48,261 bases of DNA from Aquaticitalea sp. (GCA_041748055.1 JBGTDZ010000034.1:1-48261), one strand, 5' to 3'; shown: positions 10,563 through 19,962, numbered from the stretch's first letter. Notes: generated by a model from the letters alone, not told the origin. Numbers and translations: made by a program.

Positions 10563-12482
10563 ATGAAAAAACTTTTTTTAATCGCCATCATAATTCTTTC
10601 TTGCCAAAGTTTTGCCTTCTCGCAGAATTATAGGACACATAAAGTTAATCAAGGAGACACTGTAGAGAGTATTGCCAAACAATACCAGGTATCATTGTCA
10701 GATATATACACCCTAAATCCGGATGCTAAAACGAAACTTAATTTAGGTGCGATATTGATCATCCCAAATTCCAAGTCCTTTTCGGAAGCTGTGCCAACTG
10801 AAATCAGGGAATTGATAGGTTACGAAACCCATAAGGTAAAACGGAAAGAGACGTTATATAGCATTTCAAAGAAATATAACATTGACATCAATGATATCAA
10901 ACTGCATAATAAGCAATTGTATTCCGAAAATCTTCAAAAAGGAGATGAAATCCGTATTCCAAAATATAAAACGGTAGTTTCCAAAGTTAATGTCAAGGAC
11001 ACTTCCATAAAAAAATATAAGGTTCAGCCTAAAGAAGGCAAATGGCGTGTGGCCTATAAATTTGGTTTAACAGTTCCTGAACTCGAAGCAATAAATCCAA
11101 ATATGGCAGAGGTCTTGCAACCTGGCGACGAAATCAATGTGCCAAATTTGGATGTGAAGGAAGAAAAAATGGCTGAAGCCAATTATAATTATTATGAAGT
11201 TTTGCCCAAGGAAGGATTTTATCGTCTGAAAGTAAAATTGGGATTGTCCCAGGAACAATTGGAATCTTTAAATCCCGATTTGAAGGTTTCAGGACTTAAG
11301 GAAGGTATGGTGTTAAAGGTGCCCCAATATGTGACTGTAGAAGAAGTGCAAGGAAGTGTAGAAAACAGTGTTCTTTCAAAAAAATCCCTAAAGAACTTAA
11401 AAACCAAACGTATTGCGCTTCTTTTACCATTCAGATTGGATAGGATTGATACCGATTCGGTTCAAGAAGCTAAGGATATTATTAAGAAGGATAGATACAC
11501 TTCTGTTTCACTCGATTTTTATGCAGGGGCTAAAATGGCTTTGGATTCAGCCAAACGATTGGGGGTCTCAACGCATCTTAAAGTATTTGATACTGAAAAT
11601 CAAAGCTCCCAAATTTCAAGGATTTTATCCGACAATGAGTTTTCTGATTACGACGCCGTTATAGGCCCTGTAGTGGCCACAAATTTTGATCGGGTGGCAC
11701 TACAGTTAAAGGCAGATAACATACCTGTCATTTCACCCTTGATGGTCCCATCCAATCTTTATGAAAATGTGTTCCAGACCATTCCTTCCGAAGATTTTTT
11801 GAAGCAAGCCATGATTAACTTCGTAAAGGTAGATTCACTGCGTAGTAACGTGGTCGTCATTTCAGACAGTGCCAATCGCGGGATTAGCGATCGTATAAAA
11901 TCTGAAATTCCAAATGCATCACAGGTATTTTCCAAAAAAAACAGTGAAGGCAAGGATGCCTTTTATGTGAATGGTTCTGATTTGTCTTCTGCTTATAAAA
12001 GCGGAAAAAATTATGTGTTTTTAGAAACAAGCAGTGCCGCCTTGGTGCTCAGTGTGGTGAGTTCCATGAACAATATGAACAACCGCGATAGGGAATTGAT
12101 TCTTGTTACCACAAATAAATCGGATGCCTTTGATTACGAGCACTTATCAAATAATCATTTGAGCAATCTAAAATTCCATTATCCATCAGTCAATAAACCT
12201 TTTAATTTTGATAAGCCTAACGGTTTCGTCAAGCAATACAGAGAGGAATATGGCATTGATCCAAATAAATATGTAGTTAGGGGATTTGATTTGACTTTGG
12301 ATATACTGTTGCGATTGGCATCAGCTGATGATTTATTTATAGCCTCATCTAATGATATTGAAACAGAATATTTGGAGAATAAGTTCAGATATGCAAAAAA
12401 ATTGATGGGCGGATATTCCAACGAATCGGTTTACATCTTACAGTACACGCTAGAATTAACCATTGAAGAAGCAAAGCGATGA
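10563..12482 (+). CDS. LysM-repeat protein with C-terminal periplasmic-binding-protein-like domain
   Basis: Four LysM-like repeats (HKV..GDT..SIAK.Y, LNP) followed by IALLLPF and DFY.G motifs; signal peptide. Confidence 0.85.
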   Translation: MKKLFLIAIIILSCQSFAFSQNYRTHKVNQGDTVESIAKQYQVSLSDIYTLNPDAKTKLNLGAILIIPNSKSFSEAVPTEIRELIGYETHKVKRKETLYSISKKYNIDINDIKLHNKQLYSENLQKGDEIRIPKYKTVVSKVNVKDTSIKKYKVQPKEGKWRVAYKFGLTVPELEAINPNMAEVLQPGDEINVPNLDVKEEKMAEANYNYYEVLPKEGFYRLKVKLGLSQEQLESLNPDLKVSGLKEGMVLKVPQYVTVEEVQGSVENSVLSKKSLKNLKTKRIALLLPFRLDRIDTDSVQEAKDIIKKDRYTSVSLDFYAGAKMALDSAKRLGVSTHLKVFDTENQSSQISRILSDNEFSDYDAVIGPVVATNFDRVALQLKADNIPVISPLMVPSNLYENVFQTIPSEDFLKQAMINFVKVDSLRSNVVVISDSANRGISDRIKSEIPNASQVFSKKNSEGKDAFYVNGSDLSSAYKSGKNYVFLETSSAALVLSVVSSMNNMNNRDRELILVTTNKSDAFDYEHLSNNHLSNLKFHYPSVNKPFNFDKPNGFVKQYREEYGIDPNKYVVRGFDLTLDILLRLASADDLFIASSNDIETEYLENKFRYAKKLMGGYSNESVYILQYTLELTIEEAKR

Positions 12483-12880
12483 CCTCAAATGTAACCTATC
12501 TGGGCGATTTACGTACGGAATGCAGGCATTTGCAATCGGGTAATATATTTGTTACAGATGCGCCTTTGGACAATAATGGAAAGGGAGAAGCGTTTTCGCC
12601 AACTGATTCTGTGGCAACGGGCTTGGCAAGTTGTATGATGACGGTTATGGGAATTAAGGCACGTGACATGGCAATTGAAATGAAAGGAACTACAGCGACG
12701 GTCAACAAAATTATGGCGGCAGACCCAAGGCGCATTTCCCGAATTGAGGTCTCTTTCAATTTTCCATTTTATGTGGATGAAAAATCGAGAACAATTTTGG
12801 AGCGCACAGCTAACACCTGCCCAGTGCATCACAGTTTACATCCCGATATAGAAAGAGTAATTGTTTTTAATTGGCAGTAA
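12479..12880 (+). CDS. OsmC/Ohr family protein
   Basis: TDAP.DN.GKGEAFSPTD, LASC and CPV motifs. Confidence 0.9.
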   Translation: MTSNVTYLGDLRTECRHLQSGNIFVTDAPLDNNGKGEAFSPTDSVATGLASCMMTVMGIKARDMAIEMKGTTATVNKIMAADPRRISRIEVSFNFPFYVDEKSRTILERTANTCPVHHSLHPDIERVIVFNWQ

Positions 12881-13428
12881 TGGTTTTTAAAAGTCTTTTA
12901 AGTGTTGTATTTGGTCTGTTCATATTGACATCAAACAATGATGAACCCATTTCGTGGAAAGACAACATCAAACTAACCTGGAACCATTTTAAAGGTACTC
13001 CAAAGACCAATATGTCGGCAGTGGCGGTCACCGCTTCTGGTATCACCTTTGAGTTTTCAGTTAAAGAATCCAATGACCGCGTCATTGGTTTCAATACCAC
13101 GGTATATGCACATTTTTATCCAGGCAAATCATGGTATATCAAAGAGCAAGGCAATGCACATATCTTGGCTCATGAACAATTACATTTTGACATTACAGAA
13201 CTTTATGCACGCAAATTCAGGAAGCAAGTTGCCCAACTGGAAGTTTCCAATGCTATCAAATCGCAACTTCGAATGCTTCATGAGAAAGTCAATAAAGAAT
13301 TGGCTGAGGCTCAAAACACGTACGATCGGGAAACCGATAATTCGGTAAATGTTGAATTACAGAACAAATGGAACAGTTATGTGAAACTGGAATTAAAGAA
13401 ACTGGACGCCTACAAATCAAAGGATTAG
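12871..13428 (+). CDS. DUF922-like putative Zn-dependent protease
   Basis: L.HEQLHFDI.E..AR (HExxH) and LTW..F.G motifs. Confidence 0.75.
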   Translation: MAVMVFKSLLSVVFGLFILTSNNDEPISWKDNIKLTWNHFKGTPKTNMSAVAVTASGITFEFSVKESNDRVIGFNTTVYAHFYPGKSWYIKEQGNAHILAHEQLHFDITELYARKFRKQVAQLEVSNAIKSQLRMLHEKVNKELAEAQNTYDRETDNSVNVELQNKWNSYVKLELKKLDAYKSKD

Positions 13429-13659
13429 ATGCTGCAACCAGATCAGGACTTTCTCGTAAAACTTGCGCACTACAAAATGCCTTTTGGCAAATACAAAGAC
13501 CACTACCTTATCGATATCCCCGAATTTTATTATGTTTGGTACCAAACCAAAGGATTTCCTAAAGGACAGCTCGGAGTGATGATGCAACAGATGTATGAAA
13601 TCAAACTCAATGGATTAGAGGAATTGATTTATGGAATTCGGAAACGATATTCAAAATAA
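13429..13659 (+). CDS. DUF3820 family protein
   Basis: MPFGKYK...IDIPE.Y..W...GFP.G.LG...YEIKLNGLE. Confidence 0.85.
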   Translation: MLQPDQDFLVKLAHYKMPFGKYKDHYLIDIPEFYYVWYQTKGFPKGQLGVMMQQMYEIKLNGLEELIYGIRKRYSK

Positions 13660-13681
13660 AGAAGGCATTTTTCTATTCATG

Positions 13682-13694
13682 GTTATCGGTTAAG
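13682..13694. repeat. Terminal half site of the array (only the cassette-side arm remains)
   Basis: GTTATCGGTTAAG is the inverted partner of CTTACTCATAAC at 16186-16197; lies 7 nt from the stop of the last cassette gene. Confidence 0.55.
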
Positions 13695-13700
13695 TTTCTA

Positions 13701-14921
13701 TCATTCTTGACCTGTTTTGGGCAAATCAAAGTATTCATTTATTGTTTCGTCAAGTCTGGTGCTCAATAGGTTGAAGTTGTCTTGATTAGGTTTCAGATTG
13801 ATAAACCTGTCAATAACTCGGCTTCGTTTGTACAGGATAAATGTATTTTCTACTGATGGATCTATTTTGTTTAAATCAATATCTGATTCAATGTCTGAAA
13901 AAGAAGGAACAAAAGTCAATGCAACTTTTTCTAATTTTAACTCCGTTCCAAGCTGAGCCAATTCTTTTTCTCTGATACTTTTATTATAAGCCTTCTCATT
14001 GCCATAAACAAAATACACCTTTAAATATTTTTCTCTTTTCTTACTTTCATTTTCTAGGAAAGTCAACCAAAGTTCAATCTCCTCCCAATTCGGGTTGTTA
14101 CCAACAAAGTAAAGTATTCCGTGATACCAACCATATTTGCAAACTGGGCAAGTTCTTGTCCCTTTGTCTTGTCCCCAAGCGTGATAAGGAATAAAGGAAA
14201 TAATATCTTCTCCGATATTTCTACCAGAGTTTATCTCATTTGATGGTTTCTTCGGATAATCAGGAATGTTTAAACCGAGAATGATATTTCTTTCGCCAAT
14301 CTGCAACTCGCCTTTTTGAACTAATCGTAATACGCCACTTCCACAACGATTTTCCATTTTCTTTCTTCTTGCAGAAGTCAAAATTTTATCGTCATCAAAA
14401 ACAAAATCATCTATGTAATATTCCTTTAGGTCATTTGGCTCTTTCACGGTAATATGGATGTGAGCAGGTTCATCATTAGTTGGATATGTCCCTGGTCTTA
14501 TTGTATAGATATAATACTTTCCTTCCTTGTCTGTTTTTACCCAACCACGAATGTATCCGTGTGTTTGACCAAGTTCATTTGGTGGCATACTTCTAATTTC
14601 TTCCGTCTTGTGTAAATATTTTCCTTCTGTATTGGTTTGGTAGTAATACAATAGAACATCAGGTGCCGGGGATTTCCCATCAATTTGGTAAACGATTCCG
14701 GTTATTAAAATTTTTTGTCCTTTTTGATTCCAACCTGCACTTGTGTCAATGGAACTGATTGTTTTAGGAATACCGTAGTATGTAAATTCACTGTTTTCAA
14801 ACGCACCGCCAACTGATTGTTGATTGTTTGTAGTTCCAGTGCTTTGTTTGGTTTGCCCATTGCAACTTGTCATAACGATGCAAAGCGCAAAAAACAGTCC
14901 GATTTGTGAAAATTGATTCAT
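13701..14921 (-). CDS. Intradiol ring-cleavage dioxygenase-like lipoprotein with extra C-terminal domain
   Basis: YQT...GKY, RGWVKTD..G.Y, TIRPG.YP and PAHIH motifs; lipobox MTSC; CPVC in the C-terminal part. Confidence 0.8.
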   Translation of the reverse strand: MNQFSQIGLFFALCIVMTSCNGQTKQSTGTTNNQQSVGGAFENSEFTYYGIPKTISSIDTSAGWNQKGQKILITGIVYQIDGKSPAPDVLLYYYQTNTEGKYLHKTEEIRSMPPNELGQTHGYIRGWVKTDKEGKYYIYTIRPGTYPTNDEPAHIHITVKEPNDLKEYYIDDFVFDDDKILTSARRKKMENRCGSGVLRLVQKGELQIGERNIILGLNIPDYPKKPSNEINSGRNIGEDIISFIPYHAWGQDKGTRTCPVCKYGWYHGILYFVGNNPNWEEIELWLTFLENESKKREKYLKVYFVYGNEKAYNKSIREKELAQLGTELKLEKVALTFVPSFSDIESDIDLNKIDPSVENTFILYKRSRVIDRFINLKPNQDNFNLLSTRLDETINEYFDLPKTGQE

Positions 14922-14936
14922 AACTATTAGTTCAAT

Positions 14937-15179
14937 TTAGATTGAATTTTGATGTTTATTTCCATTAATAAAAACTTGACCGCCAAGCTGTTTTATGTCA
15001 TAGCTAAGCTAACCTTATTTTGTTTTTTTACACGTTTCAACATGTTATTGAGTAGTCAAAACAGTGTCCTTTGTTTTACCGTCTATTTGAAACATCAATA
15101 TTTCCCAGCGTTGGGAACTATAAACAATGGCACTATCGCCAATAATCCCAAGCAAAGACAAACGAACCCACAGGATTAT
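14937..15179 (-). pseudogene. Decayed gene remnant, possibly SnoaL/NTF2-like (DUF4440-type) beta-rich protein
   Basis: One frame reads ...GDSAIVYSSQRWEILMFQIDGKTKDTVLTTQ*HVETCKKTK*G*LSYDIKQLGGQVFINGNKHQNSI* with three internal stops; 5' part not recognisable. Confidence 0.55.
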
Positions 15180-15323
15180 TTTAAAATGTTATAGTTGATT
15201 CTTAGTCTTCAATTTGGAACTTGACAATGTTGAATGAATATGGCCAAATTCTTCTCTTTTATATTTCAGGTAAATTTCGTTCTGTACCAAGCTGATTTGC
15301 AAATAAAATGTAGTGAGGCGATG

Positions 15324-16166
15324 TTATTCTGTTGTATCCCGATGAGTTTTTCCAAATTTCTGTTTGAAAGATGAAGCATAATTTCTGCTAAGCCTTATTT
15401 CTGTCCCATCACACATTGTCAAATCATAATCGCCATTAAGCCTTGATTTGTAGGATTGAACTTTTTTGATGTTCACGATAACGGATTTATGAACCCGAAC
15501 AAATAATTCTTTGTCTAACCTTTCTATAACCGATTTTAGGGTTTCATTGTGCAAGTATCTTTTCTGTTTGTGGTGAATATTAATATAAGGCGAATTGGCC
15601 GAGAAGAAAAAAATGTCATTAGTGCTGATAATCATTCGCTTGTTATTGTCCGTAACCAAAAGTGATGTAATGGGAATATTCTGTGTTGAATAATCTGTCT
15701 CAATTGAAATATCAAGTTTCCGCTTTAATTTGTTTTTGAAAAAAGTGTAAACAATGAACGGAACAGAATAGGCAGTTAATAGTATAAAACTGTATGAAGT
15801 CAATTCATACTGAAAAGTTTGCCAAAAGGAAAAAGTGTGAGGATAGAATAATTTAGAAATCAGCCAAACAATGGCAGGGTAGGCAAACAGATGTGCGATA
15901 ATAGGAATTAACACAAACAAAATATCCGTTATTCTTTTATTTCGGACGCTGGCAAAATTAAATTGTAGGAACAATAACGGTAGGAAAATCCACCAAAACG
16001 AACTGAATAAAAATGATTCAGAAAAATAAAAAGACCAACCATGAAACTTTGATTCCACCATATCCAAAACCACTGTCAGCATAACACAAGTTGACAAAGT
16101 GATTGGCAAGAACACGAGTAATCTGTATTGCATCGCATTCCTGTTTAATTTAATTGCTGGATTCAT
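15324..16166 (-). CDS. LytTR DNA-binding protein with N-terminal transmembrane region
   Basis: Hydrophobic N-terminal helices; C-terminal FVRVHKSVIVN and NGDY.L...DG..I.LSR.Y. Confidence 0.88.
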   Translation of the reverse strand: MNPAIKLNRNAMQYRLLVFLPITLSTCVMLTVVLDMVESKFHGWSFYFSESFLFSSFWWIFLPLLFLQFNFASVRNKRITDILFVLIPIIAHLFAYPAIVWLISKLFYPHTFSFWQTFQYELTSYSFILLTAYSVPFIVYTFFKNKLKRKLDISIETDYSTQNIPITSLLVTDNNKRMIISTNDIFFFSANSPYINIHHKQKRYLHNETLKSVIERLDKELFVRVHKSVIVNIKKVQSYKSRLNGDYDLTMCDGTEIRLSRNYASSFKQKFGKTHRDTTE

Positions 16167-16185
16167 ATTTGGTGGTGTTTTTTAG

Positions 16186-16326
16186 CTTACTCATAACGTT
16201 TAGACGCCATTAGTCTACGGCGACCTTTTAGACAGAGTACTCTGTGCTACTGTAAATGTAGCTAAAAAAAGGAACGTTCACTTCAGAAAAAACTAGGAAA
16301 AGGAAATAGCAGAGGATAGTGGCTGT
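16186..16326. repeat. Cassette site 1 (attC-like, degenerate)
   Basis: CTTACTCATAAC ... GATAGTGGC; 123 nt core to core (16195-16317); weak internal symmetry; GTT core changed to GAT. Confidence 0.6.
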
Positions 16327-16337
16327 ATCCATGAAAG

Positions 16338-16820
16338 CTACATCTTCTCTTTATATTTTTCAAGAATGAATTCGGCCGACTTTACAGATTGTATCATAAT
16401 AATAGGAAAATCGGTCGCCATTTTCTGTCCCGCAGAAGTCTTGTAGAATTTTATGAGTTGCTTTATTTCATTATAAGTGAAATGCTTTCTGTAAATCCAT
16501 ATTATTGAATTATCTATCCATTTCTTTCCATTTCCTACCGTCAAGAACTTATTAATATTTTGATAGTCAATTTCAGAAATTTCATTTTTGCTACGTGCTT
16601 CAGCAATTTTATAATCCATTGCTTCATTAATGCTAAAACCCCCTTTAAGATCTCGTAATACTTTAATTTTATCTGACATTTTATCATTCGGAACAGCCGA
16701 AGTATCGATCTGAAAGGTTTTCATGGTTTCAGAAATCCTATTGAAAATACTTGATTTATCTACTTGAGAAATCCCAAATTGTTGAAATGAGCAAAATAAT
16801 AAAAACAGACATTTCTTCAT
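16338..16820 (-). CDS. Secreted protein with DUF2059-like C-terminus
   Basis: Y.KHFT..EIK.LI.FY.TSAGQK motif; start moved to MKKCLF (16820) because the longer ORF runs through site 2. Confidence 0.75.
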   Translation of the reverse strand: MKKCLFLLFCSFQQFGISQVDKSSIFNRISETMKTFQIDTSAVPNDKMSDKIKVLRDLKGGFSINEAMDYKIAEARSKNEISEIDYQNINKFLTVGNGKKWIDNSIIWIYRKHFTYNEIKQLIKFYKTSAGQKMATDFPIIMIQSVKSAEFILEKYKEKM

Positions 16821-16842
16821 TTTATTTATATTTTTAGGTGAT

Positions 16843-16985
16843 ATTGCCACTAACTGTTTAGGACTTTGCGATGGTGGGAAAATCGAAACATAAAGGTTCA
16901 ATTTATTGCTAAAATTCAATATAAGCACAAACCTCAAAGTTTGCACGTCACCCCGCCTGACGCGAAACCCGTGTTGTTGGCAGTT
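16843..16985. repeat. Cassette site 2 (attC-like)
   Basis: ATTGCCACTAAC..GGACTTTGCGATGGTGGG ... CCCGCCTGACGCGAAACCC..GTTGTTGGCAGTT; 124 nt core to core. Confidence 0.85.
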
Positions 16986-16988
16986 TTT

Positions 16989-17903
16989 CTATTTAGTCGA
17001 TGTGGTGTAAAAGTCATAAGTTACTTTTGCGATGTCAGCTATGATTTTTTCGTTTGTGTCAAAACTTTCTTTTGATTCACTTACAAAAACACTGATGATA
17101 AAATACTTTCCGTTTGGCAAAAACACAATTCCAATATTGTTTACAGCGGCAGTAATTCCCGTTTCTTTGTTTGTGCCTGACCAACCTGTTTTGTGGGCAA
17201 CAATTGTTCCTTCAGCCAACTGTCCTTTTATTCGATTTTTCCCTGTCGTTGTTTCTCTATTTGTTTTCCAAAAAAAGTCGTGGCTGCTTTTTGAAAGTAA
17301 ATTGTTTTTATTCTCATAGAACATTTTCAACGTCTCACTTGCAGTTTTAGGTGTTGTCCAGTTTTCAAACATATTTTCCCATTTCGCCTGCATATCTTGT
17401 TCGTTATAAGTAATTTGTATGTCTTGAATATTATTCTTTTTAAAGTATTCTTCAACTGTTTTGGGTGTCCCAATAAGCCTTATCAATACATCACAAGCAG
17501 TATTATCGCTATGTGAAACTGAATATTGAATTAGCTTTTTAATAGTAAAACCCCCACCGTTGGGATATTCATCCCTTAGTGGACTCCAAAAATCTTCGGG
17601 TAAAAGTTCATCTTTACTTATTTCTATTTTCTGGTCTAATGAAAATTTTCCTTTGTCAACCTCCGACAAGACGGCCAATGCTATATGAAATTTAAAAACG
17701 CTTTGCATAGGAAATCGTCTGTCTCCGTGGAAAGAAAGGGTGTCTTTACCGTCATTTCCACTAATTGAAACTCCAACTACTGCGTTTTTGTCGGACACAA
17801 TTTGCTCTATTTTGCTTCGTAGCAAATCAGTCTTTTTTTTTTGAGCCTGGCAACTTGTTAGGAATAATAAAAGTAAAGCTGTCAATTGAACTAGTCTTGT
17901 CAT
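16989..17903 (-). CDS. bla: Class A beta-lactamase, subclass A2
   Basis: FPMQSVFK (SxxK), SDN, NE omega-loop glutamate, HKTG; WSPLRD.YP.G and ENWTTP typical of A2 enzymes; signal/lipoprotein peptide. Confidence 0.93.
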   Translation of the reverse strand: MTRLVQLTALLLLFLTSCQAQKKKTDLLRSKIEQIVSDKNAVVGVSISGNDGKDTLSFHGDRRFPMQSVFKFHIALAVLSEVDKGKFSLDQKIEISKDELLPEDFWSPLRDEYPNGGGFTIKKLIQYSVSHSDNTACDVLIRLIGTPKTVEEYFKKNNIQDIQITYNEQDMQAKWENMFENWTTPKTASETLKMFYENKNNLLSKSSHDFFWKTNRETTTGKNRIKGQLAEGTIVAHKTGWSGTNKETGITAAVNNIGIVFLPNGKYFIISVFVSESKESFDTNEKIIADIAKVTYDFYTTSTK

Positions 17904-17940
17904 ATTTATTTTTGATTTAATTATAGGAGTTGTCTTTTAA

Positions 17941-18087
17941 AATTGCCACCAAGGGTTTGCGGCTTGGCTTGGCGAGGCAGGTTTTTTAGAATTAAACATT
18001 ATTAGTTGCACAAAGCTTAAATTTTACATTTCACTGACATAGAACCACGAAACCCCCACTTTTGCAAAACCGCTGTTAGTGGCAGTT
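17941..18087. repeat. Cassette site 3 (attC-like)
   Basis: AATTGCCACCAAG GGTTTGCGG ... GCAAAACCGCT GTTAGTGGCAGTT; 127 nt core to core; AAC core changed to AAG. Confidence 0.85.
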
Positions 18088-18449
18088 TATTTTTCTTTCA
18101 AATTGGGAATTTCGTCCAAACTATAATAAATTTTTAAACCTAACTCTTTTGCAATTCTCACATCGTTGTCAGCTCCTTTTGAATCTCCTTCGATGCGAAG
18201 CACTGCATCACACTTTTCAAGAAGTCGATGCGCGACAGGATATTGTATCTCATCCCAAATATTGTCACCAATCCCTTTTGATCCTGCTAAATGCATTAGA
18301 GGTAAGGCAACCCATTCGCCAATTATAGGAATGTGCCCTTTACGAAATAAGGGCAAGGCAACTGATTCAAGTTTGTCTAAATTCTTCTTTATCAATATTG
18401 GGTCGTCATTAGTGCCTCCGCGATATGCACCTGCGATAAGTATCATCAT
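18087..18449 (-). CDS. DUF4406-like / nucleoside deoxyribosyltransferase-like small protein
   Basis: ILIAG.YR, GH.P.IGEW and CDAVLRI.G.S.GAD.DV motifs; tightly coupled to nudK. Confidence 0.7.
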   Translation of the reverse strand: MMILIAGAYRGGTNDDPILIKKNLDKLESVALPLFRKGHIPIIGEWVALPLMHLAGSKGIGDNIWDEIQYPVAHRLLEKCDAVLRIEGDSKGADNDVRIAKELGLKIYYSLDEIPNLKEK

Positions 18450-18451
18450 AA

Positions 18452-19030
18452 TTATAAAATATTATTGAGTTTAATATATTGAAGAAGCATTATGGTTTTT
18501 CCATCTTTAATTTCTCCATTTTTAATCATTTTCACTGCTTCATCAATTTTCAATTCTAACACTTCTATGTTTTCTTCTTCGTGTTCAACACCGCCACCAT
18601 CAGTTACTTTCATTTCTTTGACATATTCAGCAATAAAAAAATATAAAATTTCAGTTACTGACCCTGGCGACATATAGGCTTCAAATATTTTCTGTACTTC
18701 TGTTATTTTAAACCCTGTTTCTTCTTCGGTTTCTCGTCTAATACAATCTACTGCATTGTCATTGTCTAACAGGCCAGCACAGGCTTCAATTAACATTCCT
18801 GTTTCATTTCCGTTTACAAATGTTGGAAGGCGAAACTGTCTTGTAAGAATGACAGTTTTTTTATTTTTATTATAAAGTAAAATTGTCGCACCATTTCCTC
18901 TGTCATAGGCTTCTCTGCTTTGGATAAGTTTTGTTCCGTCTTTTTTGGTGTACTCATAAGTTATTTTATTAAGTATATACCAATTGTCAGAAAGGACTTT
19001 TATGTCCAATATTTTTATGTTGTCTATCAT
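18452..19030 (-). CDS. nudK: GDP-mannose pyrophosphatase NudK (Nudix hydrolase)
   Basis: [22 protein letters not shown], Nudix box AGLLD...[22 protein letters not shown]. Confidence 0.9.
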   Translation of the reverse strand: MIDNIKILDIKVLSDNWYILNKITYEYTKKDGTKLIQSREAYDRGNGATILLYNKNKKTVILTRQFRLPTFVNGNETGMLIEACAGLLDNDNAVDCIRRETEEETGFKITEVQKIFEAYMSPGSVTEILYFFIAEYVKEMKVTDGGGVEHEEENIEVLELKIDEAVKMIKNGEIKDGKTIMLLQYIKLNNIL

Positions 19031-19073
19031 TGTGTATGATGTCTTGAAAAATTACTCTTGGTAGTTTTTAATT

Positions 19074-19740
19074 TTAACGGCTGATAGCAAAAACTTCATA
19101 TTCAACAAGCATTTTTTCTGAGAGTTCAGATAGTTTATGATTGGGTTTTGAAAAAACAGCTTTGTCAAGAAATTTCAATACATTCTTTTCCGTTGGTTTT
19201 AATATTTGCAAAAGATTAAAATATAGATTTTTAAGCGTCAAGGAAAAAAGTTGTAAGCAACCGGGATTTAATAAAAATGCAGCTTTGACTTTTTCAGGTT
19301 TTACAATTCCAAGTTTCATACATATCAACCCACCAAAGGAAGCACCCACAATAAATGTTTTTTCAATTTTCAATTTTCCTAAAACTTCGTCCGCCCAATA
19401 GCCATATGCCAAAGATTTAATGTTTGGTGTTTGACCATTACTTAAATTTGGTAGTCCGTTTGTTTTAACCATAAAAATTCGCATTCTATGTTTGAAGTTG
19501 TCAAGTCCTTTATCAAAGTCCCATATTAAAGCTGTTGTTCTTGCTCCTGGAAAAATCACTATCGTGTCTAAGTGTTCTCCTTCTGTAAAGTCCCCAAACG
19601 TGTGTTTTACCGAGTGAAGTTTCAATTTCATAACGTTCGTATTGTCGACCGTTAATATTTTCCAATTTTTTTACCCAATTTTCAAAATAATTTAGGTCTT
19701 TTTTTTCGTCTTTGAAGTATGATTTATTTTTTATTTCCAT
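19074..19740 (-). pseudogene. Alpha/beta hydrolase, frameshifted and C-terminally truncated
   Basis: ORF 19513-19740 (..IETSLGKTHVWGL) continues in ORF 19074-19631 (..TIVIFPG..GASFGG nucleophile elbow); frameshift near 19588; ends before the catalytic Asp/His region. Confidence 0.8.
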
Positions 19741-19760
19741 GTTTATGTGTGTCGTCTGTT

Positions 19761-19962
19761 AAACCTCTCTCTAACATTTTGCATTGGACAAGGGCAGGGC
19801 TTCATTAGTGGTCACGAGTAATGCATTATATAATTATGATGTTAAAATTAACGAAAAGTTCATTAGAAAAAGATCAGCCCTTGACCACAGCTGCCATTTT
19901 GATGATGCACAATTTTCGATGTCCAGCCCTGACTTTAGGCAATGCATTTTTAGACGCATAGT
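19761..19962. repeat. Cassette site 4 (attC-like, long variant)
   Basis: CTAAC ATTTTGCATTGGACAAGGGCAGGGCT ... AGCCCTGACTTTAGGCAATGCA TTTTTAG; 179 nt core to core; GTT changed to TTT. Confidence 0.8.

Noticed and set aside
14974-15055. Possible tenth cassette site (CTTGACCGCCAAG ... GTTATTGAGTAG)
   Set aside because: Only ~60 nt core to core with no internal stem, and the stretch reads in frame as part of the 14937-15179 pseudogene.
14949-15194. 81-aa plus-strand ORF
   Set aside because: Antisense shadow of the minus-strand pseudogene.
16821-16946. N-terminal extension of the 202-aa ORF, and ORFs 16866-17075, 19784-19987, 21296-21559, 21322-21519 and 25263-25451
   Set aside because: They run through the palindromic sites, have no recognisable motifs, and are best explained as chance open frames.
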